A DNA stretch of 64,000 bases from positions 42,753 to 106,752 of the forward strand of contig BTVY01000022.1 of NCBI GenBank assembly GCA_045863335.1, in the 5' to 3' direction. Within the stretch, counting starts at the first letter, position 1. Every line of letters starts with the position of its first letter. Below are positions 8,978-21,119 of this stretch, in pieces. A program made the position numbers and the translations under genes. Under the pieces are notes generated by a model, which saw only the letters and a list, made by a program, of their open reading frames with translations, had not been told where the DNA came from and did not search any database. This DNA is from Candidatus Hydrogenedentota bacterium (GTDB lineage: Bacteria > Hydrogenedentota > Hydrogenedentia > Hydrogenedentales > SLHB01).

Positions 8978-11491
8978 CTACTCTTCTTCCGAGTCCGCGT
9001 CTGGGCCGGCCTCTGCGCCGCCCGCCAGTTCCGCGGCTTCATCCGCGACCTGGTCCTGCTTCTCTTCGGCGATGGCGCGGGCTACCGCGCTGACTTTCGC
9101 GCCTTCCGACGGCGTCATGACCTTGACGCCCTGCGTGTTGCGGCCGATGGTGCGCATGTCTTTCACCGCCGTGCGAATGATGATACCGTCCGTGCTGACC
9201 ACGACGATCTCGTCCTGATCGTCCACCGTCATCATTCCGACCACGTTGCCGTTGCGCTCGGTGGTCTTGATGTTGATGATGCCCTGGCCGCCACGATGCT
9301 GGAGCCGGTATTCACCGACCTTTGTGCGCTTGCCGTACCCGTTCTCGGTGACGCTCAATACCGTCATGTCGTCGGCGGCGATGGAAACGCCAATCACACG
9401 ATCGCCTTCCGCCATGCGGATGCCGATGACGCCGCGGGCGGTGCGTCCCATGGGCCGCACGTCCTTCTCGGGGAAGCGGATCGACATGCCAAGGTACGTG
9501 GCGATGAGAATGTTGTCTTCGCCAGACGTGATGGACACTTCCATGAGCATGTCGTCTTTGTCGAGGTCCATGGCGATGATGCCTGTGGCCCGGGGATTGC
9601 TGAACGCCTTTAACGCCGTCTTTTTCACGACGCCTTTCTCGGTCACCATGAAGACGAACTTGCCCTCTTCGTCAAGATCCCGAACAGGCAAACTGGCCGT
9701 GACCACCTCCTCGCCGCTCAGATTGAGCACGTTGACGATGGCGCGGCCCTTGGCCGTACGGCTCGCTTTGGGCAACTCATGCACCTTGCGCCAGTAGACG
9801 CGGCCCGTGTTCGTGAAGAACAGCAGGTATTCGTGGGCCGACGCGATGAAGAGGTCTTTGACGAAATCTTCTTCCTTCGTCTCCATACCGGTCACGCCGC
9901 GGCCGCCGCGCCGCTGTTTGCGGTAGGCGCTGACGGGCACGCGCTTGATGTACCCTTGATTCGACACCGTGACGACCATATCCTCGTCGGCGATGAAATC
10001 TTCGACGCTGAACTCGGACCGCTCGCCCAGAATTTGAGTGCGCCGGGCGTCGCCATATTTCTCTTTAACTGCCAGAATTTCCTTGCGCACTTCCGCGAGG
10101 ATGGTTTTCTCGCTGGAAAGGATCTGCCGGAACATCTCGATCTGCTTGAGCAGGTCCGCGTACTCCTTCTCCAACTCCTCGCGTTCGAGACCGGTCAAGC
10201 GTCGCAGGCGCATGGCCAGGATGGCGTTCGCCTGAATGTCGGTAAACGCAAACCGCTCCTTCAACCGCTCCCGCGCGATGTCCGCGTCGTCCGACCCGCG
10301 AATGATGGCGATGACTTCGTCGATATGATCGATAGCCTTCAGCAATCCCTCGACAATGTGCGCCCGCGCTTCGGCCTGGGCCAGGTCGTATTCGGTCCGG
10401 CGCCGGACAATTTCCGCGCGGTGCTTGACGTAGTACTGGACCACCTCGACCAGCGACAATACGCGCGGCTGGTTGTCCACGAGCGCCAGCATGAGAATGC
10501 TGAAGGTGTCCTGCAATTGCGTGTGCTTGTACAGCTGATTCAGGATTACCTGCGGCTCGTCGCCCTTGCGCACCTCGATAACGATCCGCATGCCGTCGCG
10601 GTCGGACTCGTCGCGCAAGTCGGTGATGCCCTCGATAGCCTTGGAACGGACCAACTCCGCGATATTCTCGATGACGCGCGATTTGTTGACCTGGTACGGA
10701 ATCTCCTGGACGATGATCCTGTCCTTGCCACTCGTCTCGTCGTGTTCGATGGCGACTTTCGCGCGCACCACGATGCGTCCGCGCCCTGTGCGGTAAGCCT
10801 GAGCAAGCCCTTCGGAGCCGTAGATGATGCCGCCCGTCGGGAAATCGGGCGCGTGAATGAAGCGCATGAGATCCTTGGTCTTGGCATCCGGGTTGTCGAT
10901 GTAATGCACGACCGCGTCGCACACCTCGTTGAGGTTGTGCGGCGGGCAACTCGTCGCCATACCGACCGCGATCCCGTAGGAACCGTTGACCAGCAGATTC
11001 GGAATGGCGGATGGCAACACGACGGGTTCCTGAAGCCGCCCATCGTAGTTGTCCTGCGTATCGACCGTTTCCTTCTGGATGTCGGCCAGCATCTCGGACG
11101 TAATGGCCGTCATCCGGGATTCCGTGTATCGCATGGCCGCCGGACTGTCGCCGTCGATGGAACCGAAGTTGCCTTGTCCGTCGATCAGGGGATACCGCAT
11201 CGACCAGGGTTGGGCCATGCGAACCAACGTGTCGTAGAGCGCCTGATCGCCGTGGGGATGATACTTGGCCATCGTGTCACCGACCGTCGCGGCCGACTTG
11301 CGGTATCCGCGATTGTGAACGAGGCCCAATTCGTGCATGGCGTATAGAATGCGGCGATGAACCGGTTTGAGCCCGTCGCGCACATCCGGCAGCGCACGGC
11401 TCACGATTACGCTCATGGAGTAATCCATGAACGAGGTCTTCATCTCCTGTTCGATCGCGATTGGTACGATTCGTTCGGTCGGTGTGTCCAT
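8978..11491 (-). CDS. gyrA: DNA gyrase subunit A
   Basis: [29 protein letters not shown] catalytic Tyr, GyrA-box QRRGGRG, and C-terminal pinwheel repeats. Confidence 0.98.
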   Translation of the reverse strand: MDTPTERIVPIAIEQEMKTSFMDYSMSVIVSRALPDVRDGLKPVHRRILYAMHELGLVHNRGYRKSAATVGDTMAKYHPHGDQALYDTLVRMAQPWSMRYPLIDGQGNFGSIDGDSPAAMRYTESRMTAITSEMLADIQKETVDTQDNYDGRLQEPVVLPSAIPNLLVNGSYGIAVGMATSCPPHNLNEVCDAVVHYIDNPDAKTKDLMRFIHAPDFPTGGIIYGSEGLAQAYRTGRGRIVVRAKVAIEHDETSGKDRIIVQEIPYQVNKSRVIENIAELVRSKAIEGITDLRDESDRDGMRIVIEVRKGDEPQVILNQLYKHTQLQDTFSILMLALVDNQPRVLSLVEVVQYYVKHRAEIVRRRTEYDLAQAEARAHIVEGLLKAIDHIDEVIAIIRGSDDADIARERLKERFAFTDIQANAILAMRLRRLTGLEREELEKEYADLLKQIEMFRQILSSEKTILAEVRKEILAVKEKYGDARRTQILGERSEFSVEDFIADEDMVVTVSNQGYIKRVPVSAYRKQRRGGRGVTGMETKEEDFVKDLFIASAHEYLLFFTNTGRVYWRKVHELPKASRTAKGRAIVNVLNLSGEEVVTASLPVRDLDEEGKFVFMVTEKGVVKKTALKAFSNPRATGIIAMDLDKDDMLMEVSITSGEDNILIATYLGMSIRFPEKDVRPMGRTARGVIGIRMAEGDRVIGVSIAADDMTVLSVTENGYGKRTKVGEYRLQHRGGQGIINIKTTERNGNVVGMMTVDDQDEIVVVSTDGIIIRTAVKDMRTIGRNTQGVKVMTPSEGAKVSAVARAIAEEKQDQVADEAAELAGGAEAGPDADSEEE

Positions 11492-11552
11492 TTCTTCCTC
11501 TTGGGTTCGTCAAACTCGTTCGCGCGCCACCATCCGGCGCGGAACAGCGCCG

Positions 11553-14021
<2,469 letters not shown>

Positions 14022-14088
14022 TCAGTATAGCAAAATGGAGGCGTGAAAACAACAGAAACCGCAATATTTAGAGGATTTTCAGCGGCCC

Positions 14089-14445
14089 TTATACGCCATC
14101 TTGTGACGGCGGGGCAGGGGAGTCGTCCCCGAGCAGAATGAAGATGTCGGACACCAATTCCTGGCCCGCCATCTGGTTGATCCGGCGGATGATGTCCCAC
14201 TTGTAATAAGCGAATTTGTTCATCCAGACCGGGCTGTACGCCTCGATGTAGAGGGTCTGGTCCTTCACCGTCTGCGGGTGCCCATGCCCGCACAAATACT
14301 GCCCCGCCAGCTCCGGCCACCGCTCCCAAATCTGCGCCTGCTCCAGTTGCTTCCCAAGCCGGGACTTCTTCTTCAGCGAAGCAAGGATTTCCCCGATTCC
14401 TGTCGGGTCCTGCTTGTCTGATTCGTTCTTCTTGCGGTTTGCCAT
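14089..14445 (-). CDS. dciA: DUF721 / DciA-family protein
   Basis: IGEIL..L...LG..L....IWERWPELAG...H..P.......LYI...SPVW pattern, in the usual position between recF and gyrB. Confidence 0.75.
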   Translation of the reverse strand: MANRKKNESDKQDPTGIGEILASLKKKSRLGKQLEQAQIWERWPELAGQYLCGHGHPQTVKDQTLYIEAYSPVWMNKFAYYKWDIIRRINQMAGQELVSDIFILLGDDSPAPPSQDGV

Positions 14446-14587
14446 GGGATAACTCGGAAATGCGGTGGCCACGTTGCTGCTCAAAAGCTCATTCTATCGC
14501 GATCCCTACCTCGCCCGCTACCCGCAGGCCCGGAAGGGCGGAGGGCGGTAGCCCAGCGCCACGCCGCTGGCGTGGCAACCACATTCG

Positions 14588-14647
14588 AATCCCGAAGCAC
14601 GAAATCCGAAACAAATTCCAATGACCGAAATCCAAATGACCAAAACA
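14588..14647 (+). repeat. Heptamer-periodic repeat (AAATCCG/AAATTCG/AATGACC; family D)
   Basis: aatcccgaagcacgaaatccgaaacaaattccaatgaccgaaatccaaatgaccaaaac. Homologous arms at 45301-45365 and 45417-45460 (inverted), 50276-50342 and 50700-50765 (inverted), and 56692-56760. Confidence 0.8.
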
Positions 14648-14700
14648 CTTTGGCCGAGTCAAGGGCAACAACCTCCTGCAAGAGGACGGGTGCCCACGGC

Positions 14701-14810
14701 AGCCCCGGATGGGGCGACTCGAATGTAGCCCGGGGTGGAGCGAGGCACGAGCGGAACCCCGGGTCACGTGACCACAACCACCGCGCAGCCCCCGAATGGG
14801 GGCGAAAGAA
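14701..14810 (+). repeat. Three-hairpin REP/MITE-like element (family E)
   Basis: agcccc..ggggcga - gtagccc(a/g)gggtggagcgaggcacgagcggaacc(c/t)ggg - agccc..gggcgaaaga. Copies at 50563-50666, 52131-52229, 57013-57116, 61663-61762, an inverted copy at 61816-61918, and a variant at 48736-48797. Confidence 0.8.
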
Positions 14811-14876
14811 TTGGAGAAGATCCTTATACTGGTTGTGAGATTGCTCGAGGGGGCCGGCGGCAGAAAGGCATAGCCA

Positions 14877-15686
14877 ATGAACCATTCAATGACGGTGCTG
14901 GCCCTGTTGATTCTCGTGCTCTTTACCGCTGCGTCGGGTGCCGATTTGGCCGATAGCAAGTTGGTAACGATCGACTTCACCAACCCCCGCGAGGTCTTCA
15001 AGCAGGCAACGTGGACCGATCCAAAGATCGTCCAAGCGAGCGAACAGGGTCTGTCGCTCAACTGGAACAAAAGGCCTTTGCGCACGAAAGGCATACCCGA
15101 GAGTGAACGAGGGACATTCACAAAGGACGTAATCGTTCACGTCGAACCGGTTCCGGTGGGATGGTCTTGGCGACCGGTAACGTACGTGTGGGTAGGCGCG
15201 GAGGTGACGCCTCCGGAGGAGTTTGTTTTTTTGCCCGACAGAACCGGGTGTCCGCCATGCGAAGTGTTTGCGCGGTACAGTCCCGACCTCAAGAATTGGT
15301 CGTCGTGGCAGGCCCTGGAGCGGATACCCCCCGACAACCAAACAGACCCGCGGCAGACCTATCAGATTTCGCTCCAAGTGCCGGTTGCGGATCGGTCGGC
15401 GTATGAGTCCATGTTCTGGGAGTACATGGAGAAGAATGTTCCATGGAAGAGCGATGAGGAAGCGGCAGTCGAGTGGATACTTGAGCAGCAACCGGACTTC
15501 TTCGAGGATCAGATTCCCTTCATCGGATACGTGCAGTTGAGATTTGAGATTGCCTTGAAAGGGGATCAGCGCATTGAACGCCTTGAGTTCAGGCTAAGCT
15601 ACCAAACTGGTGGCTCGCACAATATTCCCAAAGACGAGAGTGTCTACAAGGATCGAAACGGTCCCTGGAGGTTCAGGGCAAAATGA
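14877..15686 (+). CDS. Hypothetical secreted protein
   Basis: 269-aa ORF with a signal peptide (LALLILVLFTAASGA). Its stop overlaps the next start (ATGA). No family recognised. Confidence 0.7.
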   Translation: MNHSMTVLALLILVLFTAASGADLADSKLVTIDFTNPREVFKQATWTDPKIVQASEQGLSLNWNKRPLRTKGIPESERGTFTKDVIVHVEPVPVGWSWRPVTYVWVGAEVTPPEEFVFLPDRTGCPPCEVFARYSPDLKNWSSWQALERIPPDNQTDPRQTYQISLQVPVADRSAYESMFWEYMEKNVPWKSDEEAAVEWILEQQPDFFEDQIPFIGYVQLRFEIALKGDQRIERLEFRLSYQTGGSHNIPKDESVYKDRNGPWRFRAK

Positions 15687-16132
15687 AATCCATTCCTTCT
15701 GCCACCACGCTTCTCTTCGCATCAGTCTGGCTGTGTGGCGCCGTCTGCAACCGCGTGGAATTCCCGCCCGTCAACAGTACGCTGTTGGACCCGAGTGGGA
15801 ACTTTACGTTGTACGTCAGCAATCAAAGTTTCGCCATTAGCCCCGTTGACATCAATGTGCAAATCGATGGCGAGGTAGTTGTCCATCAGAACTTTGACGT
15901 TGGCACCCAGCATAACTGGAAGAAGTTCCGAATTGCGCTGCCGCCGGGAACCCACTCCCTCACCGCTACGTCAGCTAAAGGGGATGCAACGCTTGAGCAG
16001 GAGTTTGCGGTAACGGGAGAGCATTGGGCGGTCGTCGACTTTTGGTATTATCCGGAAGCCAAGGGTGGCGCGGGCCCGACGCCGAGACAATTCGGCTTCC
16101 GCGTTCAGGACAGCCCAATCGGGTTCATGTAA
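15683..16132 (+). CDS. Hypothetical exported beta-sandwich protein
   Basis: 149 aa with a hydrophobic N-terminus and an Ig-like pattern (TLYVSNQSF..VDINVQIDG..LPPGTHSLTA). Translationally coupled to the upstream ORF. Confidence 0.65.
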   Translation: MKSIPSATTLLFASVWLCGAVCNRVEFPPVNSTLLDPSGNFTLYVSNQSFAISPVDINVQIDGEVVVHQNFDVGTQHNWKKFRIALPPGTHSLTATSAKGDATLEQEFAVTGEHWAVVDFWYYPEAKGGAGPTPRQFGFRVQDSPIGFM

Positions 16133-16257
16133 GTGCGGCGATGAGACTGCAAATCGTTCAATGAATTCTTCGTGTTTCACTCTCCAGTCGCGGATTCGCG
16201 CGGATCGATCTCCGAGTATTCGCCTTGTCGTGTCTGACCGGTGCCTTCCCGCCGCCT

Positions 16258-16545
16258 CTACTCGCGCAACTGAAAGAGAACGTCAACAATCTCCACCTCC
16301 GGAGCCCCTGTCACCTTATAGGCCTCCGGGATACTGGCGGCTAATTCGGACTCACGATACGCGGCCAATGATTCCTTGGAATCCCAGACGTAAATGCCGC
16401 AGTATCGATTGGGTTCCTCAAGCTTCACGTAATACTTCTAAATGAGCCCGGGCAGCGCTCGAAACTGTTCGAGGCGATCTTCTGCCACCCGCAGCACCTC
16501 CGCTTCCGACAGGGTCGTCTCGAATCTTACTACCTGAACGATCAT
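16258..16545 (-). pseudogene. YdhR-like (dimeric alpha/beta barrel, putative monooxygenase) gene with internal TAG
   Basis: MIVQVVRFETTLSEAEVLRVAEDRLEQFRALPGLI*KYYVKLEEPNRYCGIYVWDSKESLAAYRESELAASIPEAYKVTGAPEVEIVDVLFQLRE*. TAG is codon 36 (16438-16440). PGL..KY and G(G)IY.W.S.E are YdhR-like motifs. Confidence 0.75.
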
Positions 16546-16734
16546 GATTGTCACCATCCTTCATGTTCCGGAGCGCCAGCATCGCTGATGAGAAGCGCAC
16601 GTGTCTTCCCGAGTCTTGGCCGTTGTCATTCGCGCCCCACTAACTTGAAGATTGCATGGTAGTGCCTCTATCGGATTTCCACAAGTGGTCAAGTCCAGGG
16701 GACCGGTCACCTGCATTTCGCCCGTGCGTCACCG

Positions 16735-16763
16735 TTGACGGGACCGGCGCGCGGGCATATACT
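16735..16763 (+). promoter_or_regulatory. Sigma70-type promoter of the stand-alone leader-peptide gene
   Basis: TTGACG (16735-16740), 17 nt, TATACT (16758-16763). Confidence 0.75.
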
Positions 16764-17018
16764 GAATTTGGAGCAAGACGACGGGGGACTGATCCACGTC
16801 AAAGGGGAACCCGATCCGGCTTTTTCTTGCCTAACGCCGAAGTTCTGTTGCAGAGATCCCGGCGGGGCCGACTGATGCCGGCGTAGTGAGCGCTTGCGCC
16901 ACGTGTGGTCTTCTGACGCCGCCTAATGATGAGAACAGATTCGCATATCTGCAGCGGGTGCCGCCACCCTGTTGGTAGGGGCACGCGGTGCTCGCGTCAA
17001 ACATGGAGGGAGATGAAA

Positions 17019-17198
17019 ATGAGTCATGTAAAACGGGTGACCAAAGTGAAGCAGACTCCGGCACTGGCGGCAGGCGGAGATATTGCGGACTGCTTCAGGG
17101 GGTTCATCAATGGCGAGTACCCGCTTTTCGGTGTGCCGAGCTTCCTGGACTGTGTGAAGTGCTCCAAAGGCGGCGGTAGCTGCGCCGAGCCTGAATAA
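17019..17198 (+). CDS. Small protein P4 (59 aa) of the MKH...PxxA leader family, Cys-rich core
   Basis: MSHVKRVTKVKQTPALAAGGDIADCFRGFINGEYPLFGVPSFLDCVKCSKGGGSCAEPE. GGAGGG RBS 8 nt upstream, with its own promoter and terminator. Confidence 0.8.
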   Translation: MSHVKRVTKVKQTPALAAGGDIADCFRGFINGEYPLFGVPSFLDCVKCSKGGGSCAEPE

Positions 17199-17206
17199 TC
17201 CATCCT

Positions 17207-17246
17207 GAAGCCCCGGCTCCCTCGGCGGAGCCGGGGCTTCTTCTCT
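17207..17246 (+). terminator. Intrinsic terminator between P4 and the convergent recF
   Basis: Perfect 14-bp stem gaagccccggctcc/ggagccggggcttc followed by ttctct. Confidence 0.75.
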
Positions 17247-17275
17247 GATGTGATCTACAGATTCGCTTCGCAAAG

Positions 17276-18352
17276 TCAGGCGACTCTGCTTACCACCCCC
17301 GCTTTGACCGAAAACCGGGCGCAATCTTTGGGGAACAGGCCTTCCTTGTCCGTTAAGTCCGTCGTGGTCATGATGCATTGAACTTGCGCGGGCAGCGTTT
17401 CTACCAACCGGCGCGACCGGTTGGCGTCCAGCTCAGAGAAGACATCGTCGAGCAGGAGGATGGGGTATTCGCCGACGCGCGCGCGGATCAATTCCAGCTC
17501 GGCCAGTTTCAACGCAAGCGCGGCGGTCCGCTGTTGCCCTTGCGAGGCGAAGGGCCGGGCGGCCTTCTCGTCAACGGCGAACAGCATGTCATCGCGATGG
17601 GGCCCGTGCGTCGTGACGCCCTGGCGGAGGTCGTTCTCGCGGGACGCGGCCAGTACTTCGACAAAGGGTGTGCCGTCGCGCACGTCGGGACGGTAGGTGA
17701 GCACCATGGGCTCGTGTCCGGCAATGGCCGAATACGCAGCGGCGGCATTCGGCGCAAGGGCCTCCACGAACAGCCGGCGTTCGTCAATGAGCACGGTGCC
17801 ATGCGTGGCGAGTTGTTCATCCCACACGTCCAGCAACGCGGCATCCGGACGTGGTTGGCGCAGGAGTTCGTTCCGTTGACGCACGACGTTTCGGTACTGC
17901 TGCAAAGCGTGCAGGTATCGCGGGCTGAGTTGCGACAGCTCCATATCGAGAAAGGTGCGCCGTTGCGACGCCGATCCGCGTACCAGGCCCACGTCTTCGG
18001 GCGAGAAGAAGACCACGTTGATCTTCCCCAACAGATCGCTGACGCGCGTTTGATTGACGCCGTTGACGCGAATGCGTTTGGCGCCCTGCCACCAGATCGC
18101 TTCCAGCGAAACCTCGCGATCGCGCCGTTGCACCTGCGCCGCCAGTTTAAAGCCCGGTTCGCCCCGCCGCACAAGTTCACTTTCCACGTTGGTGCGGTGA
18201 CTCTTTGACGTGGCAAGGTACTGGATCGCTTCCAGGATGGAGGTTTTCCCCTGCGCGTTGTCGCCCTGGATGAGGTTCGCCCCCGGTTCCGGCATAAACG
18301 ACAACTCGACCAGGCCTCGAAAGTTGTCGCAGGTGAGTTCGATCAAATGCAT
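17276..18352 (-). CDS. recF: DNA replication/repair protein RecF
   Basis: NFR, Walker A GDNAQGKTSILEAI, KSHR, VFFSPED, GPHRDD, SQGQQR and PILLLDDVFSELD motifs. Confidence 0.97.
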   Translation of the reverse strand: MHLIELTCDNFRGLVELSFMPEPGANLIQGDNAQGKTSILEAIQYLATSKSHRTNVESELVRRGEPGFKLAAQVQRRDREVSLEAIWWQGAKRIRVNGVNQTRVSDLLGKINVVFFSPEDVGLVRGSASQRRTFLDMELSQLSPRYLHALQQYRNVVRQRNELLRQPRPDAALLDVWDEQLATHGTVLIDERRLFVEALAPNAAAAYSAIAGHEPMVLTYRPDVRDGTPFVEVLAASRENDLRQGVTTHGPHRDDMLFAVDEKAARPFASQGQQRTAALALKLAELELIRARVGEYPILLLDDVFSELDANRSRRLVETLPAQVQCIMTTTDLTDKEGLFPKDCARFSVKAGVVSRVA

Positions 18353-18446
18353 GGGGTGCTTTCCAATATGCGCAGACGGCCGGGCGGCATTCTATCAACT
18401 CACACGGACAAGGAGCGAACGGCGGAACGAGGGGGCATTACAGGCG

Positions 18447-19298
18447 CTACGAGGACATTTCGATGAGTTCGTCGACCGAATCCAGCGAGCCAAAGAACTC
18501 GTCGAGCAATTTCGGGTAGTCCGAAATCGCGAAGCCGGCCGCGTCCCACATCTCGTCCCCGATGTAGCCCGTCGACTTCAGGGCGGACCCGATGCCGCTC
18601 ATGTTGCAGATGTAATCCGCAACGGCCGTCGTCGCAGCGAGACCCCGCGCTGCTTCGCTTGGGCACGCGGCCAAACTGTGGTGACCGGCAATCGCGCCGA
18701 CCAGTTCTTTGGAAAGTCCCCATTGTTGGGCCAAGCGGCTCCCCAGTTCCGCGTGGTCGACACCGATGATCGACCGCTCCGCCTCGTACAAGGGAATCTC
18801 CTTCGCCCGGCTGAGCAATTGGGCGCTCTCCACTTCCTTGGGCAAGAACTGCTCCAAGATAATCTTTCCCACATCATGCAGCAGCCCGAACACGAAAGCC
18901 TCGTCCTGATCCATGGTGTGGAGCTCCGGGTGCCCCGCGATGAGGATGCGCATCGCCACCCCACAGCTCACGCTGTGCCGCAGCAAAGCGCCCGTACCCT
19001 TGTGGAAGGTATCGAACACGGTCGCGGTGAACGCAAGATTCTTGATGACCTTCATCCCAAGCAGGGCCACCGCATGATCCACCGACGTCACCTTGTGGGA
19101 CAGCCCGTAGTAGGCCGAGTTCACCAGCCGGAGGGTCTTGATCGCCAGGGCGGGGTCTGCCTGGATGGCCTTGGCCACGTCCGAAAGGCTCGAATCGGGG
19201 GCGTTGACGAGTTGGGTGATGCGTGTCACGCTGGAAGGCAAACTGGGAAGCGTGACGATTTCGTCAAGCAGGGAGTCGATATTGTAGTTTGCGGTCAC
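18447..19298 (-). CDS. Stand-alone HDOD-domain protein
   Basis: LPSLP, DPALAIKTLRLVNSAYYG, AVALLG, GLLHDVGK, DHAELG..LAQQWGL and AIAGHH motifs. Confidence 0.9.
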   Translation of the reverse strand: MTANYNIDSLLDEIVTLPSLPSSVTRITQLVNAPDSSLSDVAKAIQADPALAIKTLRLVNSAYYGLSHKVTSVDHAVALLGMKVIKNLAFTATVFDTFHKGTGALLRHSVSCGVAMRILIAGHPELHTMDQDEAFVFGLLHDVGKIILEQFLPKEVESAQLLSRAKEIPLYEAERSIIGVDHAELGSRLAQQWGLSKELVGAIAGHHSLAACPSEAARGLAATTAVADYICNMSGIGSALKSTGYIGDEMWDAAGFAISDYPKLLDEFFGSLDSVDELIEMSS

Positions 19299-19570
19299 GG
19301 CAACTCAATGGGCGTCAGCCCGCTCTCTCCAAAGGCCCGTTCCTGAGTGCAGAGAATGTCCAGCACCTGGCGGGGATGCATCAGCTTCAACGCATCCATG
19401 AGGGGAACTGCCTGGGCGCCTCCGGCGTCCCCGGCCGCAAGCACGACCATCGCCCCCTTGGGATTGTCGCGCGGTCCCACCAGGACCACCTTCCCCTCCG
19501 AACCGTTGCGGAGCGAAATCGTACCCACAAGTCCGGCGCCCTGCCGCTTCCAGTCCGTAGCGGAATTCAT
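19295..19570 (-). CDS. Hypothetical protein (~91 aa)
   Basis: MNSATDWKRQGAGLVGTISL...; its TGA overlaps the HDOD GTG start. Start codon uncertain (19570 or 19588). Confidence 0.55.
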   Translation of the reverse strand: MNSATDWKRQGAGLVGTISLRNGSEGKVVLVGPRDNPKGAMVVLAAGDAGGAQAVPLMDALKLMHPRQVLDILCTQERAFGESGLTPIELP

Positions 19571-19758
19571 GGATGGGTTCCCGAACATGCGTACGGCGCG
19601 ACGTCCCGGACTGGCCCAAGACGCTTGTTCGACACGGATATGGAATGCTTCAGCAGGCAGGCTTGCGTAGAGGATGCACTCATTCGAGAGCCCATGTGAA
19701 TATGCCCGGAAACACGTAACACCGCTTCCCCCTGCGGGAACGGGCCGCATTCGCCGTA

Positions 19759-20142
19759 TTAGAAGATGTACTCGGGCTCGAGAATCGGCTCGAAATTGAC
19801 TTCGAGGTCGGATACCGGGAAGGTGACCATCTCGAAGACGCCGGTACCCGTGCGTAGAAAGGCCCGCGTCGTCCCCAGCACCGGAACCACACCGACGAGA
19901 TAGCCCAGCGGCTTCCCTTGCTTGAGTTTTTCGTCGAAGGTGACCGGAATCTCCGCCCATCCCAACAGTACGTTGGACAGACCGCGGCCCAGCTTCGTTA
20001 ATCGCTTTTCAAATCCGGTCGGCGCAGGGATCTCCTGGTCGGGATCGTATCCTTCCGCGACCACCGCGAACGGCGCGAGAACGACCACCGCAACCAGCAC
20101 CATCGCGAAGAACTTCGCCCACGTTTTCTTGAACGCTCCCAC
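19759..20142 (-). CDS. TIGR04073-like (putative exosortase-associated) exported protein
   Basis: Signal peptide followed by KLGRGLSNVLLGWAEIP...RTGTGVFEMVTFP...PILEPEY. Strong RBS GGAGAGGAGG. Confidence 0.75.
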   Translation of the reverse strand: MGAFKKTWAKFFAMVLVAVVVLAPFAVVAEGYDPDQEIPAPTGFEKRLTKLGRGLSNVLLGWAEIPVTFDEKLKQGKPLGYLVGVVPVLGTTRAFLRTGTGVFEMVTFPVSDLEVNFEPILEPEYIF

Positions 20143-20402
20143 GTGACCCTCCTCTCCAGATAAAGAGATACTACGCTTCCGCTTGCGAGCAAAGGCAGTC
20201 TAGCACAGGGGAAAACCCTTGTCAATTGTCCCGCGCGGCCCCAATCCATCCGCAGCAAAGGTATGCCGCCTGGCCAATTCCGAGTTGCCGACGGATTGTT
20301 TTTTGTACAGGATGTGGCATAGGATCGGAACGACAACACAAAATCTTCGGCTCTTGACAAGCAAGTTGAGATGCCGCACATGCGGGTAGATTGACAGCGA
20401 TC

Positions 20403-21104
20403 ATGCAACTCGAATTCGCCTTTCGCGATCCGGGGTCGCTCCATAGAGAACTGGAAAGCCGATCCGGCTTGCGCCTGAATCTGGTTCTTACCGACAACTC
20501 CCATACGGTCATGTCGGTGAAGCATCATCCTGTATCCGGCGTCGTCGCGCTGCGCATGCACCACATGTTCCTGGGGGCGGACCCAGACGTGGTGCAGGCC
20601 CTCGCCATCTGGCTCAAGCGGCCATCGTGCCGGCGTTCGGGCGACGTCATCGACCGGTTCATTCGCAGCAACCGTCATCTGGTGCGGCGGCGGGCAAACG
20701 CCCAGCGCCGCCTCTATCCCGTGGGCGCGGTGTACGACCTCCGCGCGATGTACCGCGAAGTGAACGACGCATACTTCAATGGGACCTTGGACGCCGCCAT
20801 CACCTGGGGCCGCAGGCCGACGGGAAAGAAGCGGCGTTCGATCCGGTTCGGCAGTTACTCGGTAGAGGAGCATCTAATCCGCATTCACCCTTATCTGGAT
20901 CGCGTGGAGGTGCCCGAGTTTTTCGTCCGGTACATCGTGTTTCATGAAATGCTCCACGCCCACCTCGGGATCGAGGAAAGCCCCACGGGCCGGCGGAAGA
21001 TCCATACGCCGGAATTCAAACGCCTCGAGCGGACGTATCCCGATTTTGAACGTGCCGAGGCGTGGCAGGCGAAACCGTCAAACTTGCGAATGCTGTTGCG
21101 CTGA
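20403..21104 (+). CDS. SprT-like zinc metalloprotease
   Basis: VNDAYFNG.L...ITWG, RFGSY, IRIHPYLD...VPEFFVRYIVFHEMLH (HExxH) and H.PEF motifs. Confidence 0.8.
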   Translation: MQLEFAFRDPGSLHRELESRSGLRLNLVLTDNSHTVMSVKHHPVSGVVALRMHHMFLGADPDVVQALAIWLKRPSCRRSGDVIDRFIRSNRHLVRRRANAQRRLYPVGAVYDLRAMYREVNDAYFNGTLDAAITWGRRPTGKKRRSIRFGSYSVEEHLIRIHPYLDRVEVPEFFVRYIVFHEMLHAHLGIEESPTGRRKIHTPEFKRLERTYPDFERAEAWQAKPSNLRMLLR

Positions 21105-21119
21105 GAGGGCGAAGTATCG

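Noticed and set aside
16770-17018. Long 5' UTR of P4 as a known riboswitch
   Set aside because: Several hairpins are possible, but I could not match c-di-GMP, SAM, TPP, cobalamin or T-box consensus elements.
17067-17078. AAGG in P4 as a double-glycine bacteriocin cleavage site
   Set aside because: It lacks the upstream ELSxxEL-type motif, is not shared by P1-P3, and no C39 peptidase ABC transporter is in the window.
19759-20142. Exosortase/PEP-CTERM system implied by the TIGR04073-like gene
   Set aside because: No exosortase gene or PEP-CTERM tail seen in the window.
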